64,000 bases of DNA from Octopus vulgaris. Its lineage: Eukaryota. Each line of letters begins with the position of its first letter. The stretch's first letter is position 1. The notes beneath the pieces were generated by a model that was not told the DNA's origin, did not search any database, and saw only the letters and a list, made by a program, of their open reading frames with translations. This document shows positions 27,710 through 40,578 of the stretch, one piece after another. The stretch lies in contig OX597829.1 in NCBI GenBank assembly GCA_951406725.2, forward strand, positions 39,556,001 through 39,620,000, in the 5' to 3' direction. The position numbers were made by a program, and so were the translations under genes.

Positions 27710-28418
27710 CTGGATCGACAAAATCTTTAAGGCATTGAACAAAATAATTTGTGTTATTTGTTCTGTGTTCAAATCTTACTGAGATCAACTTGGCTTTCAT
27801 CCATTTGTGGTTGATGAAAAAAAAAGGACCTTTTGTACCCCCATTATTTTGGGGGCCAGTTTTTTTTTATTTTGTTATTTCAAATGAAATATTGGGGTTG
27901 ATTCATTTGACTAAAATTCTCGAAGGTAGTGCCCTAGCATGGCCGTTGTCTAATGACTGAAACAATTTAAAGAATAAAAAAAGTAGAAGTTTATAGGCGC
28001 AGGAGTGGCTGTGTGGTAAGAAGCTTGCTTCCCAACCATGTGGTTCCAGGTTCAGTCCCATTGCACAGCAACTTGGGCAAGTGTCTTCTACTATAGCCTC
28101 AGGCTGACCAAAGCCTTCTGAGTAGATTTGGAAAGCGGAAACTGAAAGAAGCCCATCATTATATAAATATGTATGTATTTGTGTGTCTGACTTTGTCTCC
28201 CACCATCGTTTGTGTGTTTACATCCCCATAACTTAGTGGTTCGGTAGAATAGAGCGATAGAATAAGTAGTAGGCTTACAAAGAATAAGTCCTGGGGTCGA
28301 TTAGTTCAACTAAAAGTGGTGCTCCAGCTTGGTAGCAGTCAAATAACTGAAGCAAATAAAAGAGTAAAAATGTTTATCTTTTTGTTTAATGTTAGACAGT
28401 TGACTCTATACTTTAGAG

Positions 28419-28636
28419 CAGTGGTTTTCAACCAGGGTTCCGCAGAACCTTAGGGTTCCGCCAGTACAGTCCAGGGGTTCCGCAAGAAGTTACAAACTGC
28501 TAAAATTGGCAGTAATTTTTAATTCTCCTGTGCAGATATGTGTGCATAAGACTATAAAATTATTGCACAGGGGTTCCTTGAGCCAGTGGAATGTTTCCTT
28601 GGGGTTCTGCTCCAGCAAAATGTTTGAAAAGCACTG
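28419..28636. mobile_element. hAT (Charlie-like) MITE, 218 bp
   Basis: TIRs CAGTGGTTTTCAA / TTGAAAAGCACTG; degenerate 8-bp TSD CTTTAGAG / ATCTAGAC; internal GGGTTCCGC repeats. Confidence 0.8.
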
Positions 28637-29556
28637 ATCTAGACACTTTTACTGACAAAAACAAGTATCTTCTGGTGACATAGGATTCTGGAATCTTGGA
28701 ACCAGTAAATTTCTCAAAGACTTTTCATACTTTTGTTGAAGTTACTGAGATGTTTGGAAAAGTGTTAGTTGATCAGAGAGGAGTCTATGGAATTGGTTGA
28801 ATAAGATAGTTTTGTAGTCCAGTTCATTCAGTTTCTGTGGACATAATTGGAGAACAACTGCTCCTTTTTTTGCTGGATGTAAATGTTGTTGTTCTTTATG
28901 CATTTTGTCCAATTTCAGAGCTATATTTCTCTGTTGCAATAATTTTGCAGGATTCAAGAAATAATGGATTATTTCAATTATCAACCAGCACTGACCATAA
29001 TTTATTTTTACTTGCAGCTTCAGTTTGGGATAGTGTTTGGGGCTTATTTACTTCTGTTCAGCCATGGCATAGGATTCTGTCACTTGTTGCATAGAATTCA
29101 TTTTCCATCAATAACATGCTGGCCTCGTCTGGCACCTGTGTCGGTGGCACATAAAAAACCCCCCAAAAAAACACCATCCGAGCGTGGCCGTTCACCAGCC
29201 TCGTCTGGCACCTGTGTTGGTGGCACATAAAATCACCCACTACACTCTCGGAGTGGTTGGCGTTAGGAAGGGCATCTAGCTGTAGAAACACTGCCAGATC
29301 TGACTGGCCTGGTGCAGCCTTCGGGCTCCCCAGACCCCAGTTGAACCGTCCAACCCATGCTAGCATAGAAAGCGGACGTTAAACAATGATGATGATGATG
29401 ATGATGATGAACATAGTATGATTTGCAAACGGAAAATTTTTGTTTTGTAAGGAGGGGGGGGGGGCGGAGTGTATAGTAGTCTCTATCAAGGTGGTTTTTT
29501 TTTCATTCAACCATAGGGTATCCATTTGTTAAGCTATTTTGATGTTCCATGTGGTA

Positions 29557-29922
29557 TCTCTCTATATATAAACGGCAAAATGTCTGCGTGCGTGTCCTTT
29601 ATACAAATCCACAATTTTTCAGTTAGAGGGCTTGCACTTTCTATGGTCATTCAAAACCATCCAAGGGTGGTCATGCACATCTTTACATTTCCCCAGTCAC
29701 CCCGCAATGCCATTTAAAAAAATCAATAGAAGTGACTTTTTTGTGAATTTTCTATCCAAAACCCAATCAAAATTCCCGAAACTTGATATGCCAATTGAAT
29801 GCCAGCTAGCTGTATGTGATTGGTCAGTGATTTGGACAGTACTCGCATGTATGTGCGCACGCACGCAGCTGTATATGCATGCACTAGCAGTATGACCCGG
29901 CGTTGCCGGGTCATAGTTCTAG
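29557..29922 (+). mobile_element. Helitron family H, copy 2
   Basis: A|TC...CTAG|T termini; colinear with copy 1. Confidence 0.85.
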
Positions 29923-31056
29923 TAAATAATATTGAACAAGTGTTTAATTCTTCTCTACAATTTGTTTTGAAAGTGGCCCTCAGCTTGGTTGGTGTCAATC
30001 ACTGAAGGTCATCTGTAACCTTTCTCAATTTCAAGGCTTTTATCACCACTACAGAATTTTTGGAACCAATGTTGAGTTAATCCTTCATTGACAGTCCTCT
30101 GCCAAGAGGTTTCTCTTGCGTTTCATAATTAGCATAAATAAATGGAACAAAATCTGTACTTGGGAATGGTATATTACATGAAGATAAATAAAAGTTTATT
30201 CCAAAACAAACATCAAAGTTTAAGATAACAAAAGCCACCATTATTTTTGAACCAACCTTATACACCGGAATCTTGTAGATAATTTATGCAGATAATTTAT
30301 ATGTCTGTTATTGGTTAGTCATTGCACAGCTTAGTAACACAATATTCTCAACAAGACATGCCAAGCCCACCTAACATTAATAATCATTACCTGTTGGTTG
30401 GCACCACTCCACTTCATATCAGAAGTGATGATGCCAGCAAAGTCGAAAAATCAAAAGCACAGGTTTATGGTTATCAACAATTATGAAGATTAAAATTTAG
30501 AAAAACATTGACTCATCTCTCATATATATATATAATGGTTATAGGTTATGTATATGTACATACATGCATATATATTATAAGCCTGTATATTTGTGTGAGT
30601 ATATATACCCACACATGTATATATCCATGCACACACACACGTGTGTATCTATGCACACACTTATGTACATACAAATAAACACATATACATATATTTACAT
30701 ACATGCACACACAGATTTGTATACTTGCATATGTGTGTTAGGTATGAAAATTATACCCTTTTTTTATTATTCAGATAGTATATAGGACCACCTTGAGTCA
30801 TAAATTCACTGCTCTACATTTTTTTTTAAAGATGGTATGGTATGATTCGAAAGAGATTTGGCTGCTGTTCCTAGCAGCTCCTGCCACTTCATAGCTGCTC
30901 TGTGATGTTTACATATAGCTTTTGTGTTAAATGTTAACAGTTGCTTGATTCTCAAAGACAAGCAAAGATTTTAATTGGTTGAATGTGTACCTGCCAAGAG
31001 GCAACTGTTGATTTTAGGAGTTATTTATCTAAATATGAACAACACGCACACGCACA

Positions 31057-31105
<49 letters not shown>

Positions 31106-32856
31106 ATAACTCTGCCCATGCAAGTGTATGACTTAGTGAATGTTTCTTGGCTGTTGATGAGAGAATTTGCAGGTTTCATGTTTGTCGCTGAGCCACATTT
31201 GTGATATTGCGACGTGAAAATTTGGCCTAAAATTCTTAGGTCAACGTTTTACACTCAACAACAATAAAATGGCTGCCAAAACACAAAAAGCAAAAAGACA
31301 AAAAAAAATCTGAACTTGTTCTCCCTCCCCCTCTCTCTCTCTCTCACACACACACACATGTACAAAAGTAAAAGAAATGATTGGTGACAAGAGGAGAAAA
31401 GAAAGATAAATATTGCAACTGATACTTTATAACAGCTGTTAGTTGTAATACTGCCAGATTCAGCTGGTGTCCAAGATTTCACCCTGTCAATATATCATAG
31501 CTCCGGGTTAATTTATTTGAATGCCGGTCGCTTCATGTAGCTTCATGTTATGTATGTAGCAACTGCGGCTGTTGTTGTTGATTACTATTCATACTGGCCT
31601 AAGGTGGTGAGATGGCAGAATCATTAGCACGCCAGGCGAAATGCTTAGCAGCATTTTGTTGGTAGTTACGTTCTGAGTTCAAATTCCGCTGAGGTCGACT
31701 TTGCCTTTCATCCTTTCGATAAATTAAGTACCTATTTCTTTACTACCCACAAGGGGCTAAACACAGAGAGGACAAACAAGGACAGACAAACGGATTAAGT
31801 CGATTACATCGACTCCAGTGCGTAACTGGTACTTAATTTATTGACCCCGAAAGGATGAAAGGCAAAGTCGACCTCGGCGGAATTTGAACTCAGAACGTAA
31901 CGGCAGATGAAATACGGCTACGCATTTCGCCCGGCATGCTAACGTTTCTGCCAGTTACGTACTGGGGTCGATCTAATCGACTGGCCCTCTCCCACCAAAA
32001 TTTCGGACTTTATGCCTAGAGTAGAAAAGAATATAAGCACCAATTGAACACTGGGGTCGATGTAATTTTAACAAATATCAGGCCTTATGCCTATTGTAGA
32101 AAGGGTTGTTCAAACTGGTTTGGTTTGTAATTTCTTATTTCAGACACAACTGCAAATATGAAATGTATCTTGCATCTTCAGGGTGGGCTCTTTAGTGTCT
32201 TCACTTTTTTCTTGCCTGAACTGAAGGGAAAGTCGTTATTATTAGTTCTCAAAGGGATGTTGCACCCATCCTGTGCAAATAAACACCGGTGCAGCCAACA
32301 GCTCTTTGATAACCTCTGGCTTGTAGTGCTTGTAACTCTTGTGTTCCTCATTGTCCTCCTATCATTACTATTATTTTACAGACATCCTATAGTCTTTTTC
32401 CTCTCATTAGAAGCTCCACCTCATCCTCATTACCACCACCACCACCACCACCACCACCACCACCAAGATTAGTATTAACATCATCACCATGACAACTGAT
32501 CCAGTAACATTATCTTATCCTCATCATCATCATCATCACTACCACCAAAACCATCACCACCACCATCATTATGTCCATACCATTCCATGCCAGCATGGTT
32601 CTGATGGGTTTCTTTGGCAATGTTTTATGACCGGTTTCCCTTCTTGCTGCCACCATTTTAATCACCTCTTGTGACACACAAAAATATACCTGTTTTAAAG
32701 TTGGAGTACACAATACATACATACATACATACATTACATACATTACATACATATATAAATATATGCATGCATGCGTCCATACATCCATCCATCCATCATG
32801 CAGAACTGTTAATTTCTACACATTTTTCCTCTCCCTGTTTTTCTTTCCTTCTCGTC

Positions 32857-32892
32857 ACTTCTGCTGAAGAGCATAGGCTTGAAATGTCAAAG
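32857..32892 (+). ncRNA. Degenerate minimal hammerhead in a repeat at ~32800-32985
   Basis: CTT-CTGCTGA-A-GAGC-atag-GCTT-GAAA-TG-TC-AAAG; A6 substituted. Confidence 0.45.
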
Positions 32893-33580
32893 ACTTTTCC
32901 TTTCTTTCCGAGTGTCAAACTAATACACTTGTTTCTTGTTCCCTCACTTGTCTTTGTCTTTTGTTTTCTATAAATTTGAATTACATACATACATAGAAGC
33001 TCTTGTATATACAAGCTATTTAATGCTTTTTGGGCCTGCAATTGCCTATATTATTGAGTCAGTTATTATCATTTTTAATTGTTACACTAGATAATAACAG
33101 AGTCAATAATATCTAAGCAAATACTTTCTCCTGAATTATTTGCTCCGAATTGAAATTATTTTCGCACTGGTGGCTGTCATGTTTCAGCACAAAGTCCTGG
33201 CTTTCCATCAAGGTAACATGTGCTGAGGAAGGTGAATCTATAATGCCAGTCTAGAAACTGGTCCACATGAGTCCAAATACTTGAATGTATATTAAAAGAT
33301 TGTCCAGGCCCTTTTGCCTGCAGACGGTTGATTTTTGTAGTTATCATCAGTTGTTTTCGGTGATTTAAATAAGAGTTTTGACTGTTATTTCCAGCAGGTA
33401 GACATACTTGGTATGTGCTTTGATTAATTTTAATCCTTCAGCTATTTAATGCTTTTTGGGCCTGTAATCACCTATATTATTGATTCTGTTATTATCATTT
33501 TTAATTGTTACACTAGATAATAATAGAGTCAATAATATCTTCACAAATGTTTACTCCTGAATTATTTGCTCCATATTGAA

Positions 33581-33616
<36 letters not shown>

Positions 33617-33694
33617 TTGAACCATTAATCCCTACATATCTTTTTCTCTTTTCGTCTTTTTTTCATTCTCTCTCCATTTCTTTTCCTTTCAATT

Positions 33695-33730
33695 CTTTCT
33701 GTTGAAGAGCATAGGCTTGAAACATCAAAG
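33695..33730 (+). ncRNA. Degenerate minimal hammerhead in a repeat at ~33615-33820 (same family as 32857)
   Basis: CTTT-CTGTTGA-A-GAGC-atag-GCTT-GAAA-CA-TC-AAAG, with 4-bp stem I. Confidence 0.45.
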
Positions 33731-33834
33731 ACTTTTCCATTCTTCCTGAGCATTAAACTATAGCACCTCCTTGTTGTTCCCTCACCTGATATCATTTTCT
33801 GTTTTCTCTAAATTTGAACTATATATATATATAT

Positions 33835-33871
<37 letters not shown>

Positions 33872-35009
33872 TATCAATAGATAAATATATGGAAATTGTA
33901 GTTGTGATACCCGTGTCAGTGGCATGTAAAAAGCACCATCCAAACGTGGCTGATGCCGGCCCCGCCTTGACTGGCATCCGTGCCGGTGGCACATAAAAGG
34001 CACCACCTGATCATGGCCGTTGCCAGTTTTCTCTGGCCCCTGTGCTGGTGGCACGTAAAAAGCACCCACTACACTCTTGGAGTGGTTGGCGTTAGGAAGG
34101 GCATCCAGCTGTAGAAACACTGCCGGATCAGACTGGAGCCTGGTGCAGCCTCTTGGCTTCCCAGGCCCCGGTTGAACCATCCAACCCATGCTAGCATGGA
34201 AAACGGATGTTAAATTATGATGATGATGATGATGATGTGTAGGTTTCTGTTACCCTGTCTTGACATTATGTGATAGTTGTAAAATGATAGTAATTTTCTT
34301 TCATTGCCAATATTCTGCTATGAGGAAATATTATCATGCTTAGAAATAGGTGAGAGTTGGTAACAGGATGGGCATCCGGCCGTAGAAAATCTGCCTTAGG
34401 CAAGTTCTGTCTGAACCATGCAAGCATGGAAAAGTGGACGTTAAGATGATGACGAGTCCATTATATGCATGAGTTTCTATGTTTGTGTGTGTGTGTGTAT
34501 ACATACGTACATACACACACACAAGTGTATGTATATGTATGTGTACACACACACACATATGGGTAAGCAATGTATGTTAATATACATACATCAAAGTATA
34601 TTGTTTTAGTTCTCTCAAAATGTCACAAATCTATTCATTAATTCAATTCAAATCAATCAAGCTTATTGCCATTGTTAGTAGGTTTTCTATGAAAAATGGA
34701 TAATAGATGGAGAAAAAAAAATGTATAAAAAGAAAAAGATCGATGATACTACCCCCGGAGGGAATAGACTCACACTTTTGTTGATTAAGCAGGCACAATA
34801 ACTATATATAATAAAGGTGCATGAAATTAAGAACTCTCTCTCATTTTTCTCTCTGTTTGTCTGTATATCTTTGTTTTGTCTTTGTCTCTATGGATTTGCT
34901 GATGTCTGTCTTTCTATATGTCCATGTGTGTGTCTGCCCGTTTGTCTGTGTCTGCTGTCCGTCTGTCTCTCTCTTTATACTATTGTGTATGTGTACGTAT
35001 ACATGTTTA

Positions 35010-35069
<60 letters not shown>

Positions 35070-35206
35070 AAATTGTTTCTCTGTTCAAGGGGATTTTTAC
35101 CCCATTATTTACATGGTATTATTATTCATAGCTTATCTGCTCTAAGATCCAATGTTTCAAAGAAAGAATTATTTCATGTTCTCCTGAAATTCTTATGATG
35201 TCAACA

Positions 35207-35252
<46 letters not shown>

Positions 35253-36272
35253 GTGTATAGGGTGTGTGTGTGTGTATGTATAAATATATATGTAAAAGCA
35301 CCCACTACACTCTCAGAGTGGTTGGCATTAGGAAGGGCATCCAGCTGCAGAATCTTTGCCAGATCAAGATTGGAGTCTGGTGCAGCCATCTGGTTCGCCA
35401 GACCTCAGTCAAATTGTCCAACCCATGCCAGCATGGAAAGCGGATGTTAAACGATGATGATGATGATGATTATGTATATACAGGCACAGCCGTGGCTGTG
35501 TGGTAAGAAGTTTGCTCCCCAACAACATGTTTCTGAGTTCAGTCCCACTGAGTGACACTTTGGGCAACTGTTTTCTATTATAGCCTTGGGCAAACCAAAG
35601 TCTTATCAGTAGGTTTGGTGCATGGCAACTGAAGGAAGCCCGTCGTCTGTGTGTTTGTGTGTGTGTATCGCTTAACAGCCAGTGTTGGTGTGCTTACATT
35701 TCCATAACTTAGTGGCTCAGCAAAAGAGACTGATATCATGATATCTAGACTTTGAAAAAAAATATCCTAGGATTGATTTGTTCGATTAAAACCCTTCAGC
35801 GAGTGCCCCAACATGCCACAGTCAAATGACTGAAATGAGTTAAAGATAATATATAGCTTGTTGACGTACAGTTAATATAGAAATTGTGTTAGTAATTTGG
35901 CCACTATACATTCGGAAATGTATAGTAGCCAAATTACTAACAAATTAAAGGCGGTGAGTTGGCAGAAACATTAGCATGCCAGGTGAAATGCGTAACCATA
36001 TTTCGTCTGCCGCTACGTTTTGAGTTCAAATTCCGCCGAGGTCGACTTTGCCTTTCATCCTTTCGGGATTGATAAATAAAGTACCAGTTACGCACTGGGG
36101 TCGATGTAGTCAATAGACTATACATTATTCAGAGAAGAATACAGCGTACATTCAAACACATAAGAGATACCCAAAGAATAGGATATCTGACTCACTAGAA
36201 AGAGCAGTTAAACTCCTAGCCACTAATTATTGTAATTCTGAAAGTGATTGAAAAATAAAAACTTTTACCTTA

Positions 36273-36363
36273 ATCCTAGACCCTGCAAGGTTTCTGCAGA
36301 CTTAAATACAGATTGAAATAAAATAATTTCAATCTATATCTGGCGCTGCTTCATCAGTAGGTT
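36273..36363 (-). ncRNA. Type I hammerhead ribozyme with long stem II extension
   Basis: Minus strand CCTA-CTGATGA-A-GCAG-[16-bp hairpin]-CTGC-A-GAAA-CCT-tgca-GGG-TC-TAGG. All core nucleotides are present; GUC triplet. Confidence 0.8.
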
Positions 36364-36396
36364 GCCAGGATCGAACATATAGATACGGAGCTATAA

Positions 36397-36828
36397 ATGA
36401 TCAGCCATGTGTTCTTGGCAACGGATCTGATTGACTTGCAGAGATTGCTGTCAATCATGACCTGGATCTCACCAACAAATTCAGGTATTCTTTTCTTATC
36501 AGAATGATCAGAGTGAGTTTTCTGAGTTCTATACATTCATAATCACTATTAGACTCATCCAACACTTTCCAAATCCTCTGCACTGTCCTCAGATTAACAC
36601 CCAAACACTCTGAAATGCTTGTATTGGGGATTCTGGTGTGAATGCTAAGAAGTACGGCATGTTGTTTCCAAATTTTTGGCCAAGCGAATTGCATCATGGT
36701 GCTATTTTTCTCACAGATGGTACCCAACTGACCCTACTATACTGTGTAGTTGACAAAATCAAAAACAAACAAGGCACATGCATGAAATTAAACATATACA
36801 ATGGTGACAATTTACCCATCACACCCTG
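36397..36828 (-). mobile_element. maT-like Tc1/mariner 5' fragment (TIR and HTH region)
   Basis: Minus strand TA|CAGGGTGTGATGGGTAAATTG; ISECLGVNLRTVQRI HTH-like peptide; colinear with the 5' part of 49477-50344. Confidence 0.75.
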
Positions 36829-37319
36829 TATATAAACACACACACACATACACAATAGTTGTAGGCATGGCTGTGTGTGTAAGAAGTTTGCTTCACAGTG
36901 ATGAAACTTTGGGTTCAGTCCCACTGCAGGCGTCTTGAGCATGTGCCTTCTACTATAACCTTAGGTCAATAAATGCCTTGTGAGGGAATTCAGCAGCAGA
37001 CGCTATGTGTGTGTATATGTGCACACTAATACATAAATGGCTGTCTGTTTATCTGTCTGTCTGTCTCTGTCACTCTCTCTTTCTCTCTCTCTGTGCATAC
37101 TATATCATATATGCATATATGTTGAAGGTTAATTTCTAATAATTTGTATATACTCTTGTGTCTGGGGAGAGTCATTCTCTTTTACTGCCTTATAATTTAA
37201 CACTCTCACCGGTAAACTTTCCACTTATTTCTTTTTTTATTTTTCTAAAATTCTTGTTGCATCTCGTAACCTTTTCAATAGTTTTGACCCTAATTCGTAT
37301 ATATTTTTTCATGTTATAG

Positions 37320-37383
37320 GCTGGATAAAGCACAGCAAGAACAAAATCTAAATGACAGACTAAAAGATGTTGAAGGAATTGAG
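37320..37383 (+). CDS. STIM: STIM exon: CC1, (R)LDKAQQEQNLNDRLKDVEGIE (64 nt, absent from the ORF track)
   Basis: ttttttcatgttatAG acceptor, GAG|GTGAGT donor. Phase 2 in and phase 0 out bridge the neighbouring exons exactly. LDKAQQEQ matches STIM1 LHKAQEEH. Confidence 0.9.
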
Positions 37384-37791
37384 GTGAGTAAGATTGGGTT
37401 GCATTTATTTCCATTTAATTTTCAAATTAAACCATTTTTTTTTTTTGTCTTTTATTCATCTTGCTCCAATTTTTTTGTTTTTAACTTCCTTCTTGAAACC
37501 CACAATATCACGTCTTGAACATAGGGAACAAGTCTCTCACGGTGGCCTTAAGTTCTTCTGTATAGCAAAGACTGGGATTCTGAAACTACTGCACATGCTG
37601 ATATCCTAGAATAAGGAGCCACCAACCACTGGGCCAAACAATATTACACTGTGGATCATTTGGTATTGGGCCACACAAAAAGTATAAAGTTTTAAGTTTT
37701 ATATTTTTTTTTTTATTATCATAGTCTACAACGAAATTATAGCAAAAATGAAGTGCATAACATACAATATAATAATTATGTTCACGTTATA

Positions 37792-38155
37792 TCTCTCTAT
37801 ATATAAACAGCAAAATGCCTGTCTGTGTGTGTATCCTTTATACAAATCCACTATTTTTCAGGTAGAGGGCTCGCACTTTCTATGGTCATTCAAAACCGTC
37901 CAAGGGTGGTCGTGCACATCTTTACATTTCCCCAGTCACCCCGCAAAACCATTAAAAAATCAATAGAAGTGACATTTTTGTGAATTTTTTATCCAAAATC
38001 CAATCAAAATGCCCGAAACTTCATACGTCAATTGAATGCCAGCTAGCTGTATGTGATTGGTCGGAGATTTGGACAGTACTCACGTGTATGTGTGCACGCA
38101 GCTGGACATGCATGCACTAGCACTATGACCCAGCATTGGCGGGTCATAGTGCTAG
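37792..38155 (+). mobile_element. Helitron family H, copy 3
   Basis: A|TC...CTAG|T termini; colinear with copies 1 and 2. Confidence 0.85.
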
Positions 38156-38170
38156 TTTATAATAGTAGTG

Positions 38171-38510
38171 AAGGGGTATAGCTCAGTGGTTAGAGCATCA
38201 GGTTCACAATCATACAGTCATGAGGTAGTGAGTTCGATTCCTGGACCGGGCTGTGTGGTGTGTTCTTAAGCAAGACACTTTATTTCATGTTGCTCCAGTT
38301 AACTTAGCTATAAAAATGTGTTGTGACGTCACTGGTGCCAAGCTGTCTTTGTCTTTCCCTTGGATAACATTGGTGGCATGGACAAGGGAGGCTGATATGC
38401 ATAGGTGACTGCTGGTCTTCCATTAACAACCTTGCTCAGACTTGTGCCGTGGAGTGGAACTTTCTAGATGCAATCTCATGATCATTCATGACTGAAGTGG
38501 GGGTCTTTAT
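38171..38510 (+). mobile_element. tRNA-headed SINE (additional family)
   Basis: TAGCTCAGTGGTTAGAGCA A-box and GAGTTCGATTCC B-box, followed by a CORE-like CTTAAGCAAGACACTT. Confidence 0.7.
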
Positions 38511-40216
38511 ATTTATAATAATTCACTTATATTATGCACGTTATCATGTTTTGTTATATACATGATTCCGTCATCTGTGGAAAAAATGCTTACATGAGAC
38601 TAGTGCTGAGTGCAAAGATGGTTGGGGACTGCTGTCTTAGACAACATCTAAAAAAAAAAAAAAGAAAGAAAAAAAAAGCCATCTGACTACATGGTATGAA
38701 GTTACTTACCTACATACGCCAAATTCCAACCCTCAGGTGTGATATCTTTTCTCTCCACATTTTTCATATGTTGGTGTTGTGCCAACTCCATTTGTCACTC
38801 TTTTTTTTCTCAATACCTTCTCCCCTGCAGTGACCACTACTCTCAGTTTTTCTGCCTGGAACAACCAACTCATTGGAATTCCTTCCTTGTTGACGTTTAC
38901 CTGTGGCGATACACTTGCAATTAAAGGAGCATTCGTCATATTGACCTTATTTTCATATCAGAATACCTACTGAGTCCATGTCCACAATTCTTTCTTCTAT
39001 GCCCAAATCACGAGAAAAAAATTATGGTTTAAAAAAATAAAACAAAAAAATGACTGCAAAATGTGAATTAATTCACTTTTTAATTACTAAAAAGATTGAT
39101 GTAACTTACGCCCTACATTAGTGTAAAACATGTCTGAGACATGTTTTATGTTCTTTCTTTTGTGTGATAGCAAAATATTCTGAACGTTAATATCAGTTCC
39201 CAAGTGGGTCACAAAATTTTTATGATATCTACAGCATTGAAAGGTGAGCGAGACCAGGAAGTCTAGTTCACTTCTAGAATAAACCTGATTATATATATCA
39301 TCATCATCATCTGTTTTGCTATAGTTAATCTCTTTTTTTTTTTTTTAATGTTTCTATTCTGTATGTTCTCTGTTAAATTCTAATGGGTCCACTGACAACT
39401 GAGAGTCCTTTGTTACCTTTTGGGTTTTTTAAAAATTGATTTAAAGCTTTTAATTAGTTAGTGATTGAATTTTTTTTTTTTTAGTTGATTTCTCTTGCAT
39501 CAGACTGTCGCTGTCATACAAGTGGTGTTAGTCATTTCTAATATTCTGTGGAAACCTGTTTGGTCAAGGAGAAATGTCACAAATATATTTTCCAGTTTTA
39601 TGACCTGGAAAAAAAAAGTGCAATGCCCTCATTAGTGTTTGAACTTATGACTTACTTATTATTGTGTTGCATCTTCTCTTGACAGAAATTTAACTCAGAC
39701 AATTGTAAGTTTTTATAACATGAGTTTACGGGAGCTTTCTTACGACCCATTAATTTATAACTTGACTAGTAGCTATTAAAGTGAGAAAGAAAGTGTCGAA
39801 TTTATTGTGTGATGACTCGAGAAATCTTTGTTATCTCATTGTACACCATTCCCTTGTTTGTATGTAAACTTTCAATTGTTTGTATTGTTGAATGAGAAAG
39901 GAGGGTTCCAGCTGAGATAATATCTGAACAAGGCCCCCCACTCTCCTGTTCTTGAAGTGGAGTCAACAATGCAATTTTAGATTATACTCAGATTTATCTA
40001 TGTTGTGCAGAGAGAAGACTTTGCTACCACTTCTCTAAGTTTACATAAGATACCCCCGTTTCACATAATACTGAAGATCATGTAGCTAAACCTCTTCACC
40101 AAAAAGAATTTGCTACCATTTCTCTAAGTTTATGTAACATATCCTCATTCCACATAATATTGAAGATCATGTAATGAAACTCCTCCACCAAACAGAAAGG
40201 ACAAAAAAAAATCAAG

Positions 40217-40446
40217 CAGTTCTATATTTAAGAGATGAGGAATTATGTACATTGTTTACATTTGATGGATATTTGTCTTCATCTTGTTTGTTGTTAACAC
40301 AACGTTTCGGCTGATATACCCTCCAGCCTTCATCAAGTGTCTTGGGGAAATTTCGAACCTGGGTTCTCATTCCACGGGCATATGGCATAGTGGTTAAGAG
40401 CTCGGGCTACTAACTCCAAGATTCTGAATTCGATTCCAGGCAGTGA

Positions 40447-40489
<43 letters not shown>

Positions 40490-40578
40490 TATAATAATAA
40501 TAACATCGAAAAATACCTTAGGAATGAGAACCCAGGTTCGAAATTTCCCCAAGACAACTGATGAAGACTGGAGGGTAT
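40217..40578. mobile_element. tRNA-headed, hammerhead-tailed element (+, 40374-40578) with an inverted copy of its own 3' end (-, 40217-40373)
   Basis: 58-bp inverted arms at 40316-40373 and 40521-40578. The A-box TGGCATAGTGG and B-box ATTCGATTCC lie between them. HHR on the minus strand at 40296-40341. Confidence 0.75.

Noticed and set aside
28951-29230. Phase-compatible acceptor followed by a hydrophobic ORF (IQEIMDYFNY...)
   Set aside because: No convincing donor, it runs into a SINE and it has no homology to STIM.
38701-38990. Antisense exon-like segment ending in GGTAAGT
   Set aside because: Frames are interrupted or unrecognisable and no partner exons were found.
40374-40448. Functional tRNA gene
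   Set aside because: Acceptor and anticodon stems pair poorly and it runs into (AAT)n and a repeat body; better explained as a SINE head. The same applies to 38171 and 56450.
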